Under the pieces are notes generated by a model. It searched no databases and was not told where the DNA came from. It saw nothing but the letters and a program-made list of their open reading frames with translations. Made by a program: the position numbers and the translations under genes. From contig JBGPVC010000001.1 of NCBI GenBank assembly GCA_041491485.1, forward strand, positions 6,242 to 70,241: 64,000 nt of DNA, read 5' to 3'. This DNA comes from Candidatus Limnocylindria bacterium. GTDB taxonomy: Bacteria > Chloroflexota > Limnocylindria > Limnocylindrales > CSP1-4. Below, piece after piece: positions 8,165 through 17,922 of the stretch. How positions within the stretch are numbered: position 1 is the stretch's first letter; each line of letters starts with the position of its first letter.

Positions 8165-9217
8165 ATGGAGATCGTGACCCTCGCCCTCGCGTTCGTGGTC
8201 ATCCTCGCCGGTGCCGAGCTGTTCACCAACGGGATCGAATGGTTCGGGCTCAAGCTCGGCCTGGCCGAGGGAGCCGTCGGATCGGTGCTGGCCGCGGTCG
8301 GAACGGCGCTGCCCGAGACGATGATCCCGATCATCGCCATCCTGTTCTCGACCGGCGCCTCGTCGAGCGAGGTGGGGGTGGGGGCGATCCTCGGCGCACC
8401 GTTCATGCTCGCCACCCTCGCGATGTTCGTGACGGGCGTCGCTGTCCTGATCGTGGGCCGCGGGCGCCCGACTGGCGACGTGATGCGCGTGGACACCGTC
8501 GTCCTGGCGCACGACATGCGCTTCTTCGCGATTGCCTATGCGATCGCCATCGGGGCCGCGTTCCTGCCGGTGGAGCCGACCTGGTTGAAGTGGATCGTGT
8601 CTGCCGTTCTGATCGGGATCTACTTCTGGTATGTCAAGGGCCACTTCGAGGCCGATCCCGACACCGACGCCGAGGATCTCGTCCCGCTTCGGCTGCGTCG
8701 CCTCGACGCCAACCACCACCGGGTCCACCCGGCGGTCCCACGCCTGCGGGTGGTGAACCTGCAGGTCGTGCTGGCGCTGGGGCTGATCGTCGCGGGCGCC
8801 GCGTTCTTCGTCGACTCGGTCGAGAAGCTCGCCGAGGACCTGCACGTCAACGGCGCATTGCTTGCCCTGGTCATCGCTCCGATCGCTACCGAGCTACCGG
8901 AGAAGTTCAACTCGGTCATCTGGGTCCGCATGGGCAAGGACACCTTGGCGATGGGCAACATCACGGGCGCCATGGTCTTCCAGGCCACGATCCCGACCGT
9001 GGTCGCGCTGGTCTTCGCACCGCACGCCTGGGTCGCCGCGCCGGGCTCATATGTCGCGTTCGCGTCCGCGGGGATCGCCTTCCTGTCGTCGGCATTCGTG
9101 TTCATCCCGATGGCCAGGAACGGTGCGCTGCACGGGCGTGGACTGCTCGTCGGCGGCCTCTTCTACCTCGCGTACCTGGCGCTCGTGATCGCGGTCATCA
9201 GCGGACTGGTCGGCTGA
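8165..9217 (+). CDS. Ca2+/cation antiporter (CaCA/YrbG-like sodium-calcium exchanger family)
   Basis: Two alpha-repeat regions (GxSxPE-like GTALPETMIPI... and ...ATELPEKFNS...), ~10 TM helices. Confidence 0.8.
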   Translation: MEIVTLALAFVVILAGAELFTNGIEWFGLKLGLAEGAVGSVLAAVGTALPETMIPIIAILFSTGASSSEVGVGAILGAPFMLATLAMFVTGVAVLIVGRGRPTGDVMRVDTVVLAHDMRFFAIAYAIAIGAAFLPVEPTWLKWIVSAVLIGIYFWYVKGHFEADPDTDAEDLVPLRLRRLDANHHRVHPAVPRLRVVNLQVVLALGLIVAGAAFFVDSVEKLAEDLHVNGALLALVIAPIATELPEKFNSVIWVRMGKDTLAMGNITGAMVFQATIPTVVALVFAPHAWVAAPGSYVAFASAGIAFLSSAFVFIPMARNGALHGRGLLVGGLFYLAYLALVIAVISGLVG

Positions 9218-9270
9218 CGCGGACCATGGTTCCCGTCGATCCACGGCCGCGCGGGTCGGCCCCGACCCGC

Positions 9271-9279
9271 TGATATACT
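9271..9279 (+). promoter_or_regulatory. Extended -10 (TGaTATACT) promoter of ilvE
   Basis: cgcTGaTATACTCGGCGG ~30 nt upstream of the ilvE ATG, with SD CAGGAG in between. Confidence 0.45.
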
Positions 9280-9309
9280 CGGCGGACCCACCCCGCAGGA
9301 GCCAGTTCC

Positions 9310-10290
9310 ATGCTCACTGAGAAGCCTGCCGCGTCGCCGGCGCCGAGCTCGCACCAGGCGCCGAGCGCCTCGTCGCTCGAGGACCTGATCTGCTACTTCG
9401 AAGGCGCCTGGGTCCCGATGCGAGAGGCCAAGGTCAGCATCATGACCCATGCCTTCATGTACGGGACGGCCACCTTCGAGGGGATCCGCGCCTACTGGAA
9501 CCCCGATCAGCGGCGCCTCTACGGCGTCAAGATCCGCGAGCACGTCGAGCGGATCCGGCAGTCCTGCCGGATCTTGCTGATGAAGGACGTTCCCTCGGTC
9601 GACGAGCTGAGCCGGCTGATCGTCGAGACGGCCCGCCGCAACGCGTTCCAGGAGGACGTCTACATCCGGCCGTCGTTCTACAAGTCGACCCGGGCGATCG
9701 GGGTGCGCCTCCACAACCTGGACAACCAGCTGTACATCATCGCCCTGCCGTTCGGGAACTACATCGACACCGACGCCGGGGTCCGGGTGATGACCTCGTC
9801 CTGGCGCCGGAACGCGGACGAAGCACTGCCGGCACGCGGCAAGATCGTCGGCGGGTACGTCAACATGGCCTTCCAGAAGTCCGAGGCCGAGCTCAATGGC
9901 TACGACGAAGCGGTCGTCCTGACGGCGAGCGGTCACGTCAACGAGGCATCGGCCGCCAATCTGTTCATGGTGCGCGACGGCGTGGCGCTCACTCCGCCGG
10001 TCAGCGACGACCTGCTCGAGGGCGTGACCCGCAAGGCGCTGATGGAGCTGCTGGCGAACGAGGGCATCGCGGTCGAGGAACGCTCGATCGACCGCTCGGA
10101 GCTGTACGTCGCCGACGAGGTCTTCCTGTGTGGGACCGGCGTCCAGGTCTCTCCGGTCATCGAGGTGGACCACCGCCCGGTCGGTTCCGGGCAGATCGGC
10201 CCGATCGGGCGCCTGGTGCGCGACCGCTATTTCGATGCCGTCCGCGGCCGCCTGCCTGAATACAGCCACTGGCTGACCCCGATCGAATAG
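9310..10290 (+). CDS. ilvE: Branched-chain amino acid aminotransferase (class IV PLP fold)
   Basis: Class IV aminotransferase layout (..GIRAY.., ..EAELNGYDEAVVL.., ..EVFLCGTGVQVSPV..); 326 aa. Confidence 0.9.
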   Translation: MLTEKPAASPAPSSHQAPSASSLEDLICYFEGAWVPMREAKVSIMTHAFMYGTATFEGIRAYWNPDQRRLYGVKIREHVERIRQSCRILLMKDVPSVDELSRLIVETARRNAFQEDVYIRPSFYKSTRAIGVRLHNLDNQLYIIALPFGNYIDTDAGVRVMTSSWRRNADEALPARGKIVGGYVNMAFQKSEAELNGYDEAVVLTASGHVNEASAANLFMVRDGVALTPPVSDDLLEGVTRKALMELLANEGIAVEERSIDRSELYVADEVFLCGTGVQVSPVIEVDHRPVGSGQIGPIGRLVRDRYFDAVRGRLPEYSHWLTPIE

Positions 10291-10553
10291 ACCGTCGGCG
10301 TCTCGAGGCGCCGCCGCGCTGCCAGGCCGTCCGCCACCGCGTCCGGCCGGCCCGCTGCGATCGATTCCAGCACGATTGGTGCAGCGTGCGAGCGGGAGTC
10401 GGAAGTTCCCAGCTGAGCGAGAGCCCGCGGTCGATTCGACGCGGGAACGGTCGGTGACTCCAGCCCGCCTGAAGAATCGGGCGCGACAGCGACCCGTTCG
10501 GTCGCTAGCCCAGGGCGGCTGGAACCTCCGTCAGGATCGCTCCGCGCGCGCCG

Positions 10554-12353
10554 TCACGGGGCGAGCGGTGGCTGCAGGTCCGGCGTCGCGCTGCCGATGG
10601 TGACGATCACGTCCGCTCTGACCGCCGCGTCGGTCCTGGTCGTGGCCGTGACGCCAAACGTCTGCTCGAGATAGGCAACGGTTCCGGCCAGCCGGGTCGC
10701 CGCGCCGTTGTAGACGACGATCGTCGTGTTGGGGCGGACGCCACCCGACGGCTTCTGCCGGGGCGCCGATGCGGCCAGCCCGTAGTACTCGAGGTACGCC
10801 GCAAGGCTTGACGCCCGATCGGCTCCGCCGGTGCTGTTGAGGACCCAGACGGTGGCGGCTTCCTGGGCCAGCTTCTCGCGCAGGACCTCGTCGGCTGGAT
10901 TGGCGGTGAACGCCGTGCTCACCGCCGCGCGGATCTTGTCGGCGTAGGGCTCGATGATGTAGCCGCGCGGGCTGTTCAGGATCTCCTGCCCGTAGAGCGG
11001 CGGGGCGAAGACGTACGACCGGATGTCCTTGGTGTCCACCTGCGACGCCAGCCCGAGCAGCTCGTCGAGCTGATCGACCGGGACGTCCGTCCGGATCGCC
11101 TTCTTGAGCGCGGTGATCAGCTCGGGCAGGCGGGGAATCAGGGCCTGGGGATCCGCCTGCTCCTTGAGCGACAGGAGGACACGCTGCTGGCGCGCGCCGC
11201 GGTCGAAGTCCGATGACGTGTGCCGCGACCTGGCGTACTGCAGTGCCTGGGCGCCGTCCATGTGCTGGATCCCGCTCGGGATGTAGATCCGCTCCAGGCT
11301 CCCGTTGTCGCCCGGATAGCGGTCGTCCACGACCGGGATCTGGACGTTGATGGTGACCCCACCGAGCGCATCGACGACCGACTTGAAGCCCTCGAAGTTG
11401 ACCTCGACGAAGTACTTGATGTCGAGCCCGTAGAGGTTCCCGATGATCGCCTTCAAGCCGTTGTACCCGCGAGTCACGTCCGTCCCGGGGAAGAGATCCG
11501 CCCGGTTGCGGACCGAGGTGAACCAGGCGTTGATCTTCTTGGGGTAGACCGGCCCGAACGCCAGCCGCGCCGGTCCGGGCGGGACCGGGACGTCGACGGT
11601 GTCGCGTGGCAGGCTGAACATGGCGACCTGCTTGCTCCCCGGATCGATCGACACGACGATCAGGGTGTCGGTGTTGTAGGTGCCCTCCTTGGGCCGCTGG
11701 TCGGTGCCGATGAGCAGCACATTGAGCCGCTCCTTGCCGTCCCACGGCGGGATGGAGACGTTCGGGACCGGCGCCCCTACGGCGCTCGGCTCGGGTTCCG
11801 CCGAGGCGACCGAGTCGCCCGGGGCGGGCGTCGTGCTCGTGTCAACGTCGCAGACGGGCGTCGTCGTGCCGCCGACGAAGATGCAACCGCTGTTGAACAG
11901 GTCCAGCGCGAGCATGTCGTAGCGGGCGACGGCGACGTGGCTGCCGGCCATGACGAGCAGGACGGCCAGCAATCCGGCCAGGGACACGGGCTGTCGCGGC
12001 AGCCTGACGCGCCCCAGCCGGCCGTCGCCCGAGGCGCCGACCGCGTTCATGAACTCGGCCACCCGGTAGGCGTCGATGATGGCGACCAGCCGATAGAGCA
12101 GGGCGATCAGGTTGGCCACGAAGACCGAGCTCAGCAGGAACGGGTTGAGGGCGAGGCCGACGAGTTCGATCCGGTCCAGCCGGAGCACGATTCCGGCCAG
12201 CAACGCGATGACCAGGACCGGGGCGGAGGCGAAGGTGAGGGCGCGGCTCGGCGCGCCCGCGTAGAGGTGGCCGAGACCGGGAAAGAGAAGCGAGAGGAAT
12301 GCCGCCGCGAACGGCGACCGGGCGCGCGGTCGCGCGTCCTGCGGGTCGTGCAT
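10554..12353 (-). CDS. LCP family protein (LytR-CpsA-Psr cell-envelope phosphotransferase) with N-terminal TM region
   Basis: LCP core ERLNVLLIGTDQRP...DTLIVVSIDPGSKQVAMFSLPRDT; N-terminal TM helices; start set at MHDPQ (12353), the longer 12596 ORF start is unlikely. Confidence 0.8.
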   Translation of the reverse strand: MHDPQDARPRARSPFAAAFLSLLFPGLGHLYAGAPSRALTFASAPVLVIALLAGIVLRLDRIELVGLALNPFLLSSVFVANLIALLYRLVAIIDAYRVAEFMNAVGASGDGRLGRVRLPRQPVSLAGLLAVLLVMAGSHVAVARYDMLALDLFNSGCIFVGGTTTPVCDVDTSTTPAPGDSVASAEPEPSAVGAPVPNVSIPPWDGKERLNVLLIGTDQRPKEGTYNTDTLIVVSIDPGSKQVAMFSLPRDTVDVPVPPGPARLAFGPVYPKKINAWFTSVRNRADLFPGTDVTRGYNGLKAIIGNLYGLDIKYFVEVNFEGFKSVVDALGGVTINVQIPVVDDRYPGDNGSLERIYIPSGIQHMDGAQALQYARSRHTSSDFDRGARQQRVLLSLKEQADPQALIPRLPELITALKKAIRTDVPVDQLDELLGLASQVDTKDIRSYVFAPPLYGQEILNSPRGYIIEPYADKIRAAVSTAFTANPADEVLREKLAQEAATVWVLNSTGGADRASSLAAYLEYYGLAASAPRQKPSGGVRPNTTIVVYNGAATRLAGTVAYLEQTFGVTATTRTDAAVRADVIVTIGSATPDLQPPLAP

Positions 12354-12362
12354 CGCGGGTAG

Positions 12363-12368
12363 GATACT
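12363..12368 (+). promoter_or_regulatory. -10-like GATACT followed by CGGGCCGCC, upstream of ileS
   Basis: gggtaGGATACTCGGGCCGCC ~75 nt upstream of the ileS ATG at 12442; member of the recurrent motif family, but without the TG dinucleotide. Confidence 0.35.
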
Positions 12369-12441
12369 CGGGCCGCCGATTCCAGACGCCCGCGCCCGGG
12401 GTGCAGGCGGCAGGACCGCATCCGTCGAGTTTCGAGGCCGA

Positions 12442-15400
12442 ATGTTCGAGCCCGTCAACGCCAGGCCAGATCTGGTCGCCCAGGAGCACGAGATCCTCGC
12501 CATGTGGCGGGACCGGCAGACGTTCGCCCACCTTCGCGCGCAGAACGCGGCGGGCCCGCGATGGAGCTTCCTCGACGGGCCGATCACCGCGAACAACCCG
12601 ATGGGCGTCCACCACGCCTGGGGCAGGGCCTACAAGGACGTCTTCCAGCGGTATCACGCGATGCTCGGCGAGGCGCAGCGCTGGCAGAACGGGTTCGATT
12701 GCCAGGGCCTGTGGGTGGAGGTCAACGTCGAGCGCGACCTCGGCTTCACCAGCAAGCGCGACATCGAGGCGTACGGCATCGCCGAATTCGTCTCCCTCTG
12801 CAAGCAGCGCGTCCTGACCTATGCAGCCCGCCAGACCGAGCAGTCCATCAGGCTCGGGATGTGGATGGACTGGAACGATCCGGACGAGCTGCGCCGGCTG
12901 CGCGACATGCTGGCCGACAACCCGGCCCAGACGGCGACCATCCACGGCGTCCGCGGCCCCGTCGAGGACACCGCCGAGATGCTCGTCGGCCGGCTCGGGA
13001 TGCCGGATGTCGGGGGCAGCTACTTCACGTTCAGCAACGAGAACAACGATTTGATCTGGGGCTTCCTGGCCGAGTGCCACCGACGAGGCTGGATCTACAA
13101 GGGCCACGACACCATGCCCTGGTGCGCTCGTTGCGGGACGGGCCTCTCCGAGATGGAGATGAACGAGGGCTACGCCGATCGCGAGGATCCCGGACTGACC
13201 GTCCTGTTCCCGCTGGTGGAGCGCCCCGGCGAATCCCTCCTGGTCTGGACGACCACGCCGTGGACGCTCACCTCGAACGTCGCCGCGGCCGTAGGCTCCG
13301 ATCTCTCCTATGTCCGGGTCCGCCAGGCCGACCGGACCTTCTGGTTGGCCAAGGGCACGCTGAAGACCGCCCTCGAAGGGCCATTCGAGGTCCTCGAGGA
13401 GCGATTGGGGGCGGATCTCGTCGGGTGGCAGTACGAGGGGCCGTACGACGAGCTGCCGGCGGTCAGGTCGGCGTTCGCGGCCGGCGGGTATCACCATCGG
13501 GTCGTGTCGTGGAGCGAGGTCGGTGAGGATGAAGGGACCGGCATCGTCCACGTGGCGCCCGGCTGCGGCGCCGAGGACTTCCGGCTCGGTCGGGAGCTCG
13601 GGCTGCCGGTGATCGCCCCGCTCGACGAGAGCGGGATCGTGGTCGACGGGTTCGGATCGCTGACCGGGCGCGACGTCCGCGACGTGGCCGAGCCGATCGT
13701 GGAGCACCTCAAGCACGAGGGCCGCTTCTACCGCCTCGAGCCATACCACCACCGGTACCCGCATTGCTGGCGCTGCAGCACGCCGCTCGTCTTCCGCCTG
13801 GTCGATGAGTGGTTCATCAGCATGGGCCCGGTGTATGACAAGCCGCGGTCCGAGCTGACCACGGAGGAAGTGGACGCCAGCCTCCGCTACCAGATCATGG
13901 AGGTGGTCGACCAGATCCGCTGGATTCCCGGGTTCGGCTACGAGCGCGAGCTCGACTGGCTGATCAACATGCGCGACTGGATGATCAGCAAGAAGCGCTA
14001 TTGGGGCCTGGCCCTGCCGATCTACGACTGCCGCGCGTGCGGCCGGTTCGACGTCGTCGGCGGCCGGGACGAGCTTCGCCAACGTGCCGTGCAGGGCTGG
14101 GAGACCCTCGAGGGGCATACCCCGCATCGCCCATTCGTCGACGCGGTCAGGATCGCCTGCTCGTAGTGCGGCGAGGCCGTGTCACGGATCGCGGATGTCG
14201 GCAACCCGTGGCTGGACGCCGGGATCGTCCCGTTCTCGACGCTCCACTTCCGCGAGGACCCCGAGTACTGGGCGCAGTGGTATCCGGCGGACTTCATCAC
14301 CGAGAGCTTCCCCGGCCAGTTCCGGAACTGGTTCTACTCGATGCTGGCGATGGGGACCGTGCTCCGCCGTGAGCCGCCGTTCAAGACGATCTTCGGCTAC
14401 GCCACGCTCTTCGCCGAAGATGGCCGGCCGATGCACAAGAGCTGGGGAAACGCGATCGACTTCGACGAGGCCGCCGAGCGGATGGGCGTCGACGTCATGC
14501 GCTGGCTGTTCACGAGCGCCCGGCCCGAGGACAACATCCGCTTCGGGTGGCACGCTGCGGATGCCGCGCGCCGCGAGCTGCTGGTGCTATGGAACGTGTA
14601 CGCGTTCTTCGTGACCTATGCGCGGCTGGCGGACTGGGCGCCACGGACGGCCGAGCCGGCGCCGGCGGCCGACGAACGGCCGCCGCTCGATCGCTGGATC
14701 CGGTCACGGGCGAGTGCCACGGCCGCCGAGGTCGACAGACGGCTCGCCGATTTCGACGCGCTCGGCGCGACGCGCGCGATCAGCCGCCTGATCGACGAGC
14801 TCTCGACCTGGTACCTGCGACGCTCGCGGAAGCGTTTCGCCCGAGGCGGTGGGCGTGACGCGGCGTGCGCCTTCGCCACCCTCCATACGACGCTGCTCAC
14901 GGTCGCGGGGATGATCGCCCCGATCCTGCCGTTCCTGTCGGAGGCGATGTACCAGAACCTGGTGGATGGCGCGCTCGACGAGCACGCGCCGGAGAGCGTG
15001 CACCTGACGCCGTTTCCGCGTTCCGAGGGCGCCGTTCGCGACGAGGCACTGGAGGCGTCGATGGCCGTCGCGATGCACGCCGTCGAGCTCGTCCGGACGC
15101 TCCGCGCGCAGGCCGGCCTCCGGACTCGGCAGCCGATCGCCAGGCTATGGCTAGCTCTGCCTGGTGGCGAGATCGCCGAACAGGACGCCCTCCTGTCGCT
15201 CGTCGCGGACGAGGTCAACGTCAAGGCGATCGAGCTGATCGGTGATGAGTCGGAGCTCGTCGAACGGCGGGTCAAGGTCCTCCTGCCGCGGGTCGGCAAG
15301 CGCCTCGGGCCGAGGATCCCCGAGGTGATGGCCGCCGCCCGTGACGGTCGCTTCGAGTTGCTGCCCGATGGATCCGTCCAGCTTGCGGGTGTCACGCTGG

Positions 15401-15768
15401 CGCCGGACGAGGTCGAGATCCAGGCCTCGCCGAAGCCCGGCACCGCGGTCGCCCACGATCAGGGCCTCGTCGCCGTGATCGACACCCAGCTGACGCCGGA
15501 GCTGCGCGCCGAGGGCGACGCGCGGGAGCTCCAGCGCGCGATCCAGGACCTGCGTCGGGAGGCCGGCCTCGCCCTCGACGACCGGATTGCCCTCTGGGTC
15601 CGACCCGTCCCGGCCGGGGTCGCCGGCCATCTCGGCTCGGTCGCGTCAGAGACGCTGGCCGAGCTCATGCTCGGGGAGCCGCCGGCCGAGGTCCCGCATC
15701 GCGCCGCCGTGGAGTTGGACGCCGGCTCGGTCGTCATCGCGTTGCGCCACCAACCGCTCGGCGCGTAG
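12442..15768 (+). CDS. ileS: Isoleucyl-tRNA synthetase (type 2, Thermus/eukaryote-like), reading frame interrupted by an in-frame TAG at 14164-14166
   Basis: Segment-wise similarity to Thermus IleRS recalled from memory (SKRDIEAYGIAEF, PWCARCGTGL, HRYPHCWRCSTPLVFRLVDEWFIS, KMSKS-like PMHKSWGN); the two track ORFs 12442-14166 and 14179-15768 are in the same frame; conserved ileS-lspA-rluD context. Confidence 0.85.
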
Positions 15769-15774
15769 GCTGAA

Positions 15775-16302
15775 GTGACGGTGGCAGACGAGGCAGCGAC
15801 ACGCGGCGCGGGACGCCGGGCGCATTGGGCGGTCTTCGTGGGCCTGGCGAGCTCCATCGTCGTGATCGACCAGCTCACGAAGGCGTGGCTGGTCTCGAAC
15901 TTCGCCCCGGGGCAGGTGGCGGAGGTCGTCGGCGACTGGGTGCGGCTGGTGTTCGGCCAGAACTCGGGAGCCCTGTTCGGGCTCTTCCGGGACCAGGCGC
16001 TGCTGTTCGCACTCGCCTCGCTCGGCGTCGTCGGCCTCATCGTGGCCTACCACGGCCGGTCTGTCCGGAGCCTCTACCTGTCGATTGCGCTCGGGTTCCT
16101 GCTCGGCGGCGCCCTCGGCAACCTGATCGATCGTCTCCGAGTCGGGTACGTCGTCGACTTCGTCGATGTCGGGATCGGCAACCTGCGCTTCTACACGTTC
16201 AACGTGGCGGACGCAGCCATCAGCACTGCCATCGTCCTCCTGCTGGCGGTCGCCATCGTGCCCAGCCTTGCCCGGGTCGTGGATGCGCGATTCGATGGTT
16301 GA
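15775..16302 (+). CDS. lspA: Lipoprotein signal peptidase (signal peptidase II)
   Basis: Four TM helices with conserved NxGAxFG-like and FNVAD motifs; immediately downstream of ileS. Confidence 0.9.
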   Translation: MTVADEAATRGAGRRAHWAVFVGLASSIVVIDQLTKAWLVSNFAPGQVAEVVGDWVRLVFGQNSGALFGLFRDQALLFALASLGVVGLIVAYHGRSVRSLYLSIALGFLLGGALGNLIDRLRVGYVVDFVDVGIGNLRFYTFNVADAAISTAIVLLLAVAIVPSLARVVDARFDG

Positions 16303-17245
16303 CCCCTCGCCGGCTTCTGGCGTTCGCCTGCTGCGGGTCCCAGCGGGGCCCGGCGGTCGCGTCGACCGCTACGTGGCCGATGCGACGGGGCTGTCGCGGA
16401 GCTTCGTCCAGAAGCTCATCTCGGACGGGCGGCTGACCGCGGCTGGCACCGCGCTCCGCGCCAACACGATCGTCGCCGCCGGTACGGAGCTGCGCCTCGA
16501 CGTCCCCGAGCCGACCGCGCTCGAGCTCAGCCCCGCGCCCGAGATCGTCCTCAGCGTCGTCTACGAGGACGACGACATCCTGATCGTCGACAAGCCGGCC
16601 GGGCTGGTCGTTCACCCGGCGCCGGGCCATGCCGACGGAACGCTGGTCAACGCCCTCCTCGCTCATGGGGACGGGTCGACCTGGGGTGGCATCGCCGGCG
16701 TCCAGCGGCCCGGGATCGTCCACCGCCTGGACCGCGACACGAGCGGCCTGATCATGATCGCGCGAACCGATCGTGCCCAGGCCTCGCTGATGAGCCAGCT
16801 CAAGGCACGCCGCGTCAAGAAGACCTACCTCGCCCTGGTGCTGGGCGACGTGGCGGCTGCCGTCGGCCGGATCGAGGCGCCGATCGGGCGCGACCCCAGG
16901 CACCGGACGAGGATGGCGGTGGTGCCCGACGGCCGCGCGTCGGTCACCGGCTATCGGGTCCGCGAACGGTTCGACGGGTGGACGTTGCTCGAGCTCGACC
17001 TGGTCACCGGGCGGACCCACCAGATCCGCGTCCACCTCGAAGCGATCGGACACCCCGTCGCCGGCGACCCCGTCTACGGCACGGGGACCTCGCGACGGGG
17101 CCCGGCCGGCCTCGGCCGGCTCTTCCTCCATGCCTGGCGGCTCGAGCTCATCGCGCCGTCCGATGGGCATCTCATCCGGGCGACGGCCCCGCTCCCGATC
17201 GAGCTCGAAAGCGTCCTGACGCAGTTGCGCGAGCCCGTCCGTTGA
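16295..17245 (+). CDS. rluD: RluA-family 23S rRNA pseudouridine synthase (RluD-like, N-terminal S4 domain)
   Basis: S4-like N-terminus followed by catalytic HRLDRDTSG motif; start ATG 16295 overlaps lspA by 8 nt. Confidence 0.85.
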   Translation: MVDPSPASGVRLLRVPAGPGGRVDRYVADATGLSRSFVQKLISDGRLTAAGTALRANTIVAAGTELRLDVPEPTALELSPAPEIVLSVVYEDDDILIVDKPAGLVVHPAPGHADGTLVNALLAHGDGSTWGGIAGVQRPGIVHRLDRDTSGLIMIARTDRAQASLMSQLKARRVKKTYLALVLGDVAAAVGRIEAPIGRDPRHRTRMAVVPDGRASVTGYRVRERFDGWTLLELDLVTGRTHQIRVHLEAIGHPVAGDPVYGTGTSRRGPAGLGRLFLHAWRLELIAPSDGHLIRATAPLPIELESVLTQLREPVR

Positions 17246-17268
17246 GCGACTCGCCGGAGCCGGGATCG

Positions 17269-17880
17269 ATGGGCCCATCCGCCGAGGGGGCGATGCTCGT
17301 CATCATCTCGGGGCCGAGCGGTGTCGGCAAGGACACCATCATCGAGGCGTTGCGCAGGCGGCCGCGCGACCCCGACTATCACTACGTCGTGACCTGCACG
17401 ACCCGATCGCGCCGGCCCGGCGAGACCGATGGTGTGAGCTATCAGTTCCTGACCCCGGACGAGTTCGACGCGCTTCGCGAGAGTGGCGGCTTGCTGGAAG
17501 CGAACGAGGTCCACGGCCATTGGTACGGGACACCGCGTGCGCAGGTCCGCGAGGCCCTGGCAGCCGGTCACGACGTCATTCTCAAGATCGACGTGCAGGG
17601 CGCACAGCAGGTGAAGGAGCGGGTGCCGAACGCCCTCCTCGTGTTCGTCGTGCCGCCGTCGCTGGAGGCGCTCTTCCAGCGGCTCCGGGCGCGAGCTACC
17701 GAGACTGCGGACCAGCTCGAGCTGCGCCAGCGCAACGCGGCGATCGAGCTGGCGCGCCAGGAGGACTATGACTACGTCGTCACCAACGAGGACGGGCAGG
17801 TCGAGCGGACGGCCGCCCGGATCGACGAGATCATCGCCGACGAGCATCGTCGCCATCCATTCCGCATCGTCCGTCTGTGA
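17269..17880 (+). CDS. gmk: Guanylate kinase
   Basis: P-loop ISGPSGVGKDT, followed by the guanylate-kinase fold; 203 aa from ATG 17269. Confidence 0.9.
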   Translation: MGPSAEGAMLVIISGPSGVGKDTIIEALRRRPRDPDYHYVVTCTTRSRRPGETDGVSYQFLTPDEFDALRESGGLLEANEVHGHWYGTPRAQVREALAAGHDVILKIDVQGAQQVKERVPNALLVFVVPPSLEALFQRLRARATETADQLELRQRNAAIELARQEDYDYVVTNEDGQVERTAARIDEIIADEHRRHPFRIVRL

Positions 17881-17922
17881 CGCCGAGCCGGCTGGCCTCG
17901 CCGGGGTGCTGAGACCACGCCG

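Noticed and set aside
10291-10553. Convergent ilvE/LCP intergenic region containing GGTCGATTCGACGCGGG, reminiscent of the tmRNA 5' end or an SRP RNA
   Set aside because: No GGGGCUGA 5' motif, no tRNA-like 3' end (GGUUCGAnUCC...CCA), and no SRP domain-IV consensus; it is more likely just 3' UTRs/terminators of the two genes
12369-12441. Possible T-box riboswitch in the ileS leader
   Set aside because: The leader is only ~75 nt and lacks the AAUUAGGGUGGNACCGCG T-box sequence; the GGCAGGACCGCA similarity is too weak
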